This document shows, in pieces, positions 1-8,421 of a DNA stretch of 34,234 nt; position 1 is the stretch's first letter, and each line of letters opens with the position of its first letter. The notes beneath the pieces are model-generated. The model saw nothing but the letters and a program-made list of their open reading frames with translations. It searched no databases and had not been told where the DNA came from. The stretch lies in contig KZ539073.1 in assembly GCA_000934665.2 (NCBI GenBank), forward strand, positions 1-34,234, in the 5' to 3' direction. The stretch comes from Catajapyx aquilonaris (lineage: Eukaryota). The position numbers and the translations under genes were made by a program.

Positions 1-217
1 TGCGATACGTCTGAGTGAAATGGGTGACGCCCAAGGCACCAGATTGGCATTGGTGCCGCATGTGGTTGCACAGGGTTCATTACATGTGTGCTGCTATTGG
101 CAGCTAATATTTTCGATGGCGCCGAAGTGGGCCATTTTACACGTCGCTGCTAAGTCAATCGTAAAGCGCTTCTATTAATAGCCGTTATAAAACGACACTT
201 GAAGTTGTACCACCCTG
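1..217. mobile_element. Terminal part of a Tc1/mariner-type element, other end outside the window
   Basis: GACACTTGAAGTTGTACCACCCTG followed by TA (218-219); reverse complement is TA|CAGGGTGGTACAAC, the same CAGGGTG terminus as the MITEs at 6683 and 19722. Inner boundary unknown. Confidence 0.5.
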
Positions 218-699
218 TATAATCGAATCACATACAGTAGAATAATTTTTTACTGGTATAACTCTGATGGAAATTTCTTTCACCATAGCCTTAGGAAATG
301 TATGGATGGAGTTTATACGTTCATGAGCATTTACGCCTACACGCTGAGCCAGTGCAGCGCTGTGGAAGACCCGAGAGGTCATGCCACCTGATTCTTTCAA
401 CAACTCCATTAATAGGTTACAAAATGGGATCATAAAAAGCATGGATCCAAGGTTCAACTGGCTTATCACTGTTGGCATTACATATTCATCCGCGAGACGA
501 ATATAATGGCTGTGAAAACTTTGTCAGCGAATGATTGCACTATTTCCTGCAATTTCTTAGGTTTTCAAGAGCTAGTCACAACTATACAGTTATGGCGTAA
601 GACAATGTTCAAGGAAAATATAGTACCAGACGAGGAGTTCCAACTGAAATGCCCTTAGTTGTTAGCAAATATTTGGCACTAAGCTGCTTATTAAATTTT

Positions 700-770
700 A
701 ATCAGTTACTTTGGAAGTTATTCTAGTGGTTATCAAAATTATTAGCTGCTATGATATTAGGTTGTGTGGC
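700..770 (+). repeat. Degenerate dispersed repeat, second copy at about 22186-22260
   Basis: CAGTTACTTT..TAGTGGTTATCAAAATTATTAGCTGCTA..TATTAGGTTGTG aligns with CAGTTACTTT..TAGTGATTATCAAAATATTAGCTGATA..TATTAGTTGTG. Confidence 0.55.
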
Positions 771-1499
771 AAATGGAAAACCCTGTATTATAGAGCACTC
801 GAAGTGTTATGTTGCGAGGGCTCGTAATAAGCGATGATGACTTACTTGTTAGTCGTAGGCCTATATACCAGTTAGAGACAGGCGCCACTTCCCACAAGTT
901 ACGAGCAATATCACCGCATCAAACGCTGCTAACGACATCGTCAGGCTCTTCATAGAAACTCTGCGGGATGGTATAGTGCTTTTCATTAAGGCAACGTAAC
1001 TGAATGCAAGTCATGAAAAAATTTCACTTACATTCGGCCGAAATCAACTTGGTACTAAAATCGTATATTAAATAATAAATACATAATGTACCATACTTGT
1101 TATTGACGTGGTTATTCAATTATTGCTATGTAGTAGGCCTATACTGCTTACTACAATTTATTGTGGATATTACTATTTTATTTATGCTGTACTATACTTT
1201 GAAGGGTAGTTTACTGACGAAGTCCGTGAAGCAGTAAAGGAATGTTTAGCTCAGAAATAAGTTTGAAGAGAAGCAACCAACCCTGGAAAAGCAATCAGAG
1301 CTAGATTTACTTATTGGGATTGCTGATTCTCTTTAAACTGGTCGCTAAAGTGAATACTCTATAGCCTAATTACATCTCTTTCACTCGTTATGAACAATAT
1401 AGCCTATTATAGGGCAGCCCAGTACCCACCCCACTGCAACTCTGTTTTTTTCATAATTAGCTATGTTTCCCCCGCAGACCCCCGTGACCTTATATTAGA

Positions 1500-2130
1500 T
1501 CGGCATATCAGTAGTTAGGTGGGATGCTGCTAGGCTTTAGTGTCGGCGCTTGGCCCGTTCCTTTAGTTACTTTAAAGCCAAGTCGGCACCAGGGTCATAT
1601 AATACTCAGGTCCGGTCATTCCCACCTACCCCCTGCCCTGTTTTGCAGGAGGTGCTCACCTGAGAGCGCCATGAGACCTTTCAGTGCACTGCTGCATGCG
1701 GGCTCAACATGGTCGCCGGCGACCATGTTGGGTCCACCAGTGTAGCGCTTCCCTTTGTACCTATAAAGTTCAGCGTAGTCCGTTAGGGTCGCAACATAGC
1801 AGTGCACTGAAAGGTCTCATGGCGCTCTCAGGTGAGCACCTCCTGCAAAACGCCCTGGCAGGCGATAAGATAAGAACGTAGAGGTAGTGTCCGGGAGCTG
1901 GTCGGCACACAGCTAATCTGGTGGCGGAACGCGGCGGACCAAGACTCCCGAACCGCCAATTCAAATCTAGTAGGCATGGTCCGGAATAGTACGTTCGTTC
2001 CTTATTTGCACTGGGCCTGTTCGCATCCACGTTCTCATGATCCGTTCTGAATCTCCGCAGTGCAGTGTAGGGATGTCGCTCCTCAATCAAGTGCATCAGC
2101 GAGCGGGTGGGGGGGNGCCTCTGAAGCTCG
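1500..2130 (+). ncRNA. Candidate structured RNA or structured single-stranded element, unassigned
   Basis: Nested helices 1516-1526/1617-1628, 1533-1554/1577-1596, 1632-1637/1857-1862, 1874-1880/1990-1996, 1892-1903/1937-1950 and 1999-2013/2058-2073; wobble-type mismatches are mostly G.U on the plus strand. Confidence 0.35.
1640..1851. mobile_element. Young 212-bp MITE, superfamily unassigned
   Basis: Perfect 54-bp TIRs (1640-1693/1798-1851, GTTTTGCAGGAGG..), flanking direct repeat GCCCT (1635-1639/1852-1856), internal perfect 26-bp palindrome at 1705-1730. Confidence 0.9.
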
Positions 2131-2390
2131 ACACGATAAGAGGGCAAGTTTCCAGTTTCCATACCTGTATACGTGTAGGGCCTATGTACAAAACCACTTC
2201 ACGACCGTGCCAGTAGGCCTACCGTGTACGGAATATTTATGTGATAACTAATGCCGAATTATTTTAATGAAACTACACTAATTAATGAAATTGCAGGATA
2301 CTGAGTCTTTACAGTCACTGAAGTGACTGCGTGGTTGTTATGGCTGCGTTTTAAACTTCGCAATGAATTGAAATACCATGTGTTTCACAA

Positions 2391-2630
2391 ATTAGCTCAC
2401 ATCCAATACGGGTAAAAAATCTCGCGGATGCTAATTTCCACTCGCTTCTGTCGCCCCAGATTCAATTTTAGCAGTGAAGTACACCCATCGTTGAAAAAAG
2501 ACAATTTAATTTGCTTTTCAAAGGGTATATTCCACTCCAAACCTGAAGGTAAGGCCACGTGGGTGGGGGGTGCTGGCGGTGCAAATTAACGTCCTGGAGA
2601 CTTTTACCGATGCGTATGTGCGCATCTAAT
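2391..2630. mobile_element. Old degenerate inverted-repeat element (MITE-like)
   Basis: Imperfect ~55-bp arms 2391-2445 and 2576-2630 (GGTAAAA..TCTC..GGATGCTAATTTCCAC versus GTGCAAATTAACGTCC..GAGACTTTTACC). Confidence 0.55.
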
Positions 2631-2878
2631 ATAACACGAGGTACATATAAATAGTAGGCTACTTTAAAAGGCAATTTTTTGTCCGCTTTACCGCACATGA
2701 TTGTGCCCTGGTTGTAATGCGATCCTGGAAAAATAATAGGATCAACTAGAAGTGGCTTATATTATACATCCCTTCACGACGTCCAATCTGCTACATGATT
2801 TTACGGATGGAAAACCTTTCTTAGGCTACTTTTCCCGGATATACCTTCATGCTCCGGATAACACCAACCGCCATGTTA

Positions 2879-2960
2879 GAGGCCCCCTAGTGGCGCCTTT
2901 TGATATTCGGTGGCGTAAGAGAGTAAACACAAGCAAGGCAGCATGGCGGCACCATTTTGG
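2879..2960. promoter_or_regulatory. CTCF-like and YY1-like motifs in a CpG-containing stretch
   Basis: Minus strand GCCACTAGGGGGC (2882-2894) matches the CTCF core; ATGGCGGC (2943-2950) and CCATTTT (2952-2958) resemble YY1/Pho sites. Motif match only. Confidence 0.3.
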
Positions 2961-3696
2961 AGTGAAAGTTGTCCCCGGTTTAGGTTTTCTCTTTCTGGCC
3001 GTTTGATACGAGGCGTGAGGGCGGATTTCTTCGCACTGGGGGAATGAAAGGACATGCTTGTGTATACTTACCCGTGGAAACCAGAGTGACGAAACGACGG
3101 ATTATTGCCATGGGAAACTGGGCGTACGTACATTGGAGAAGTTGGTGTGATGGGGCTATGAGGAAACAGCCGGCATTCAAAGCGACGCGACGGGGGTTGT
3201 GGGATTGACGAGGAGATATATCATGATAATCATGCCACACCTAGTATAAAAAACCGCTTATCGAGACTCAACTAATGCAATCTACTTGCGCATTAGACAA
3301 GACTGTAATTATGCACCATATAAGGGGGAAACATCTTCTTGGAACACTGGATACTTGTACATTGATTTAGAGTTCGCTTATACACGCGGACACATACTAA
3401 TTTTCTGAAACCAATATGCTAAAAGGGGAAAGTTGTTTTAAAAAAAGGCGAATTGTAGAGCGGAATCTTTGAAACAGTCACATTAATAGGGCCTACATTA
3501 CCGATCTCAAGGGAAGTCTGCGCAATAAGCGAAATGATTCATATTTCGATCGAGTAGTTAACATTTTCAAGTCTACCATTGGCATATACTGTATATATGT
3601 ACCGTACTCCAGGCTACTTTCATTTTTACTATTTGAGAAACTAACGGTGATAAAAGTTACCTTATTATAGGCCTACATTTTATAATTGATATTTGA

Positions 3697-3904
3697 GGTT
3701 GGCCCAGCATTGCCTTTCAACCTCCAAGGATAGGGAAGGAAGGAAGCGGCTGTGGCCTATTACGCGGAAGCGACCCCGGAATTATCCTAGAAAGACATGG
3801 AAAACCACAGAAAACCACGGCCAGTGTTGCCGGCCCCTGGATTCGAACCCAGGACCTCCCGATTAGCAGTCGGACGCCCTATCCACTATGCCAACCTGCT
3901 TGGG
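3697..3904 (-). mobile_element. tRNA-derived SINE, family A (hexapod-type body)
   Basis: Minus-strand A-box TGGCATAGTGG and B-box GGTTCGAATCC, followed by body GGTTTTCTGTGGTTTTCC..AGGCCACAGCCGCTTCCTTCC; second copy at 23254-23374; 3' boundary approximate. Confidence 0.85.
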
Positions 3905-5147
3905 CAGTATAGGCCGACAGTAGTTAGTCTAATAATACCTCTTCGACAACCCCTTGCGTTCATATACAATATATTATTATTAAATGGAGCTAGAAATTAT
4001 TATATCATTTGATTTTTTGATAGTTGAATGCATAGTATCATGGAGCCAATGCAACTTCCCACTTAAACTATGGTACGGGTACCGTATAATTATGCGCAGT
4101 GCAATGTGTCAAGAAGTGCTCGATGTTTTCATGTACCGCATTACCTTGCTACTTCTCCTGCAGTGTAGGCCTATGTGGTGATCGCTGGATTCTGATGCTT
4201 AAGAACATTACTGACACTTCGTACACTGGACTTCCTAGCAAAGGAAATATTTCCGGCTTGAACCAGATAAACAAGAATAGAGTAATCCTTACTGTGCAAC
4301 ACAGAGCATCTTACCCGATTGGAAAAGGGAACTATACTGTTTATGTCCGTGTGAGATATATTTGTTCCAGATTTTAATTAGACTACCACGGATATTTGAT
4401 TCGTTCTTCGAAATACGGTAATATTTCAGTGATGACCACAAGACTCATGACAAACAGCGATTTATTAATATGCTGACATGTAAACGCATAAATGAAGAAT
4501 TCATTAACACTGCATGCAGGTGGTCAGTAATTCCTCCGTAATGGGCATCAGGAGCGATACATTGTGATTACAGGGTGACACAGACAAGCTTCCAGGGCGA
4601 ACTCATGGGCACCAGATGAGCACTTCATCTCTAAAGGTGTCATTTTGTTGTAGTCTGAGCCTCATCACCGAGATAGTAATATACATGTAGGCTTCAAACG
4701 TATGATGTATGCATATGATATTAAATATCCCGACAGTTTTGCTTCCCTGCAGGCGACCTCGCCCTTTCAATGAAAAATCTTACAATGCTATCTCATTAGA
4801 TGGAACAGGCAGTCGCCGTTTAAGCGATGGAGGTATCGCAGGCTGTGTCCACAATATGCAGGAGATTGTATGACTTAATGCACACACTGATTAATGATAA
4901 TCCTTTCGGTAACGACACTGCAGGGACCAAAGGTGTCTATAGGAGTTCACCATAGATGTTTGTATCATTATTAACACCACGTACTGTACAGTAGCCTATA
5001 CAGTGAAGACCAGAGAACAGGCCACTCACATTCAGAAACTAGGCCAAATTGACTCTGAAAAGCAACTGACTAATGCTCTCCATATGATATACTTGGTAAC
5101 ATTTGCCATACCGGTACTCAAATAGTTTCAATGATCTTTTCCAACAG

Positions 5148-6041
5148 CACCAAGTATCCGACGACATGCCTTCAAACTCCAGGATGGCAGGGGAGGAGCT
5201 CCTCCGAAATGTGGGAGCAGTCGGCATGACATTGAGGATAACTATTCGCCGCAAGACTGCCAACAATGGGGAAGAATTCTGGGATGTTAACGACAACGAG
5301 GAAAATACCGGCCCTCATACTAGCGCCAACATCAAAAAGCCTCGTCTAATGGGTTCTGAAGAATCCTCCATCGTGCCTGCATTAGCAGACACGGCACCAG
5401 ACGAGGCTGATGCTTCCATGGCATTAATCATGCCGGAGGTGTCTGAAACGTCCACAATGAGCATGACACTTACCGACAATTGCAGCAGCGAGATTTCTGT
5501 AAGTTTCATTCTAGTAACACCCTTGCCAGATTCTATTGAGTCACCTTTGTTGCAGGCAGTAGTACCCTCATTACCTTCAAGTGATGGGGAAGAGAAAAAT
5601 GTGATGAACAGCGAAGGAGTCGTGGGCGACATAAACCAAGGTCCTCAGGCTGGAGGCGATTTGGGATTGCTACTTACCGCCAATTGTAGCAGCGTCATTC
5701 CTGTAAGTTTCAATCCAGTGACACCCTTGCCAGATTCTATTGCCTCATCTTTGTTGCAGGCATCAGCTCAAAATGATGAAGAGAAAAATATGATGAACAG
5801 CGAAGGAGACGCGGACGACATAAACCAAGGTCCTCAGGCTGGAAACGATTTGGAATTGCTACAGCCTTTATCTCCTGAATATTTGCATAAGAGAAATCAA
5901 TTAGCCAATTCCACCTTAATCACAGATGTGAATGATCATGGGGAGACTGTGACATTCAAAGAGTGCAGCACTATGGATGGATTCTTTCGCAATCGATGCA
6001 GTGATGTTACTGATGAGATGCCACAGAACGATGGGGAATAG
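5148..6041 (+). CDS. Orphan acidic, Ser/Pro-rich, probably disordered protein; likely terminal exon (or ATG start at 5166)
   Basis: Longest ORF in the window (312 codons from 5103); acceptor-like TCTTTTCCAACAG ends at 5147 in phase 0; NLS-like KKPRL; internal duplication with an in-frame 15-bp indel; no recognised domain. Confidence 0.55.
   Translation, partial: HQVSDDMPSNSRMAGEELLRNVGAVGMTLRITIRRKTANNGEEFWDVNDNEENTGPHTSANIKKPRLMGSEESSIVPALADTAPDEADASMALIMPEVSETSTMSMTLTDNCSSEISVSFILVTPLPDSIESPLLQAVVPSLPSSDGEEKNVMNSEGVVGDINQGPQAGGDLGLLLTANCSSVIPVSFNPVTPLPDSIASSLLQASAQNDEEKNMMNSEGDADDINQGPQAGNDLELLQPLSPEYLHKRNQLANSTLITDVNDHGETVTFKECSTMDGFFRNRCSDVTDEMPQNDGE
5468..5860 (+). repeat. Tandem duplication inside the ORF (204-bp and 189-bp units)
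   Basis: Unit 1 5468-5671 (LTDNCSS..GPQAGGDLGLL) and unit 2 5672-5860 (LTANCSS..GPQAGNDLELL). Confidence 0.95.
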
Positions 6042-6682
6042 CATTTTTCCAGCAGTGTTATTTTTCACATAGGTGATACCAGCTTTTAAAGTAGCTACGT
6101 GATATAGTCAGAAAAATTCACAAACTACATCGTCAGAAATACAGAATTTCCGTTTGTGGGAGGTTGTGCCAGATCGGCGTCAAACATGTTTTGTCCGCAG
6201 CGAAAGGAAGTTTTTTGAAACTAAAAAGTATAATGCACTGATTTATTTCAGACAAAATCTGCTATAATACACACGTTGAAACATTTCCGAGGTCGATAGT
6301 CAGTTGAAAGGGACTTTCTTATGTAGCTGACTTTTTATAGGTAATGCGTACGGGCAAGAGCTAATGGTACGGGGTACACTTTATCTTATTCTTTCTACGT
6401 TTAGCTTATGGTATTAGGACAGTACAGCAAAAGCAGCAGGAAAATGCGGTGCGCTCCATCCTGGACTACAAGCTTTCACTGTGAATGAATTTGTCTCTCG
6501 GGTTACTATAAACAGGTACGATAAACCTCGGATAAACAAACCGCGTTTCTCTTACTGTAACCTCTAAAGCCGCACTAGGAGCTTGGATCGATGAGTGTGC
6601 TAGGTTTGGACTGAATCGTCGGATTGAGAGTGACGAACCCCAGCATGTGTTTTTCAGGCCAGCTCAGTCCATGCCAGTAATA

Positions 6683-6885
6683 CAGGGTGATCCAAAATGT
6701 ACTTGTACGACTAATATGGCCATTTGTTAAAGTAATTTTGCTATACAGTATATTGCAGTTCGGCCTAATATTAGTCTCATACTTTCGATAACTATCAAAA
6801 GTATCTATGAAAAAGTAATTGCTAAAAATAAGCAGATTAGTGGCAACAAATGGCTATATTAGTTCAAGTATTTTAGAACACCCTG
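6683..6885. mobile_element. Tc1/mariner-type MITE
   Basis: TA|CAGGGTGATCCAAAATGTACTTG..ACTAATATGGCCATTTGTT pairs with AACAAATGGCTATATTAGTTCAAGTATTTTAGAACACCCTG|TA. Confidence 0.85.
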
Positions 6886-7556
6886 TATGTTCAAGTCCTT
6901 CTAGTACTGTCTGCCCTAAAGCTGTCCCGCCTAATCGTGATCCACAAAATGATTGTGTGCACTGTACAGAGTGGTCAGTCACACCTGTTTAATGGGCAGG
7001 TAGGACCATTCCTTGACTTCGCAAGATGTGACGGTATGTCATTTCTGGGATGGGATGTGGAGGCAATTATGTTCTGGGATATCCGCCCGTGATACTAGAA
7101 TGGCTTTAGCAGAGAATACGTGGTATTCCTAGAATCCGCGAGTCGCTATCACGCCTATACGCCATTCAGTCAAAAAAAGCGAGCTCTATTCCGAGAAAAG
7201 ATCAAGGAATAGGTCTATTTGTCCATTACGTTGTAGGTAGGTACTGACTAGTGACCGCAGTGGATATGGCAATAAAATTATATGGCATTAAAAGTAGCCT
7301 TATCATTATACAGTCTGTACTTCATGCAGTATTCATTTTTCAGGGTCCGTCTTGTAATCAGTGGTCAACCCAGTTCAAGTGGATGATCCATGCTATTCAA
7401 ATAGGATTAATGACATGTTACAGATGTACTGTATGGGTTCTTAACATATTAATGCGCTGTTTCGGCGTCATTCATTGAGTATACAAATTAGCGAAACGAA
7501 AAACAGTAGGCCTACAGGTCGAACCACACAATCATGTAACTTATAGTATGGGCCAT

Positions 7557-7815
7557 GGGGCAGCGCGATGGTGTATCGGTTATTATCAGCCTTCCATCTC
7601 TGAGATCTCGAGCTCGAATCTCCGGATCGGACGATGAATGTCTCGTATAGACAGAGTGATAACGAGTTCTCTCCGCCCCCGCGTGGGTTTTACAGGGTTC
7701 TCCAGTTCCCTCCCAGAGTCATATACTTTACAACAGAGCAGCGATTCAATAAAGTCGGATATTTCTCACAGACAATAGGCTTATCATGGAGTAACCTATT
7801 ATAATAATATATTTA
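7557..7815 (+). mobile_element. Diverged copy of tRNA/V-domain SINE, family B
   Basis: Colinear with 15860-16151: degenerate A and B boxes, GTTCTCTCCGC..CGCGTGGGTTTT..GGGTTCTCC..CCTCCCA core, AT-rich tail. Confidence 0.8.
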
Positions 7816-7927
7816 TTTACTAAGATGAAGTTTAAACGTAATCCGACGTGGCCCTGAAACAAACTCTAAGAATCTGTGAAATGTGTGTAAACCTAGTTGT
7901 AATTTTCACCAGTTACTTATGTACGTA

Positions 7928-8421
7928 TTATGGGGCTCAAATTGTTTTGGCCACTTTATCCTGCTCTTGAAGCAACCCTTCGCACAGGCCCCACGTTGAG
8001 CAGGTGTGTTCATGTCTTCAATAAGGTCTGGGGACGTAGGTCTGAGATTCTACTGAAGCTGTGGGGACAAGTCCGCATTGTGGGGACATTTCTCGGTCCC
8101 CACAGTGTTTCACACACACTGTGTACTATTAGAGTGGGGACATGTGTAAATTAGTGGGGACATGTCCCCACTATTTTCAGTTGTAGGGTTTCACAAAAGT
8201 CAATTTTTCTCAGCCTAGGTTAGTTAGTAAGTGTAGGTTAGGGTAGGGTAGGGTAGGGTAGGTTAGGTTAGGTTAGGTTAGTTTACACTCGCTTCGAAAA
8301 GTTAAATTTTCACGTCCCCACGCCTTAGTGAAGACAAGGCTGGGTGTGGGTGTGGGTGTGTGTGTATGAAGGGTTTCTTCAAGACCAGGATAAAGTGGCC
8401 AAAACAATTTGAGCCTCATAG
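7928..8421. mobile_element. TA-flanked TIR element carrying GTGGGGAC motifs and telomere-like repeats
   Basis: ~60-bp TIRs (TATGGGGCTCAAATTGTTTTGGCCACTTTATCCTG..), TA at 7926-7927 and 8422-8423, inner IR pair about 8011-8037/8312-8338, repeated (G)TGGGGAC/GTCCCCAC. Confidence 0.85.
8234..8281 (+). repeat. Interstitial (GGGTA)4(GGTTA)4 telomere-like tract, G-quadruplex capable
   Basis: (GGGTA)4 at 8241-8260 and (GGTTA)4 at 8261-8280; TTAGG is the common arthropod telomere repeat. Confidence 0.9.

Noticed and set aside
185..510. Minus-strand ORF with upstream HYIRLADEYV resembling a biotin carboxylase motif
   Set aside because: Similarity is limited to about 9 residues, the rest does not fit, and the ORF runs into a TIR
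1511..1523. Telomerase RNA template (ACCUAAC on the minus strand) for the structured region
   Set aside because: Only 7 nt, part of a helix, and on the strand opposite to the G.U-supported fold
1524..2251. Overlapping ORFs sharing SSALKGLMALSGEHLLQN
   Set aside because: Artefact of translating both arms of the 54-bp TIR
3835..3904. tRNA gene (also 15861-15935)
   Set aside because: A and B boxes are present but run directly into multicopy SINE bodies; these are SINE heads
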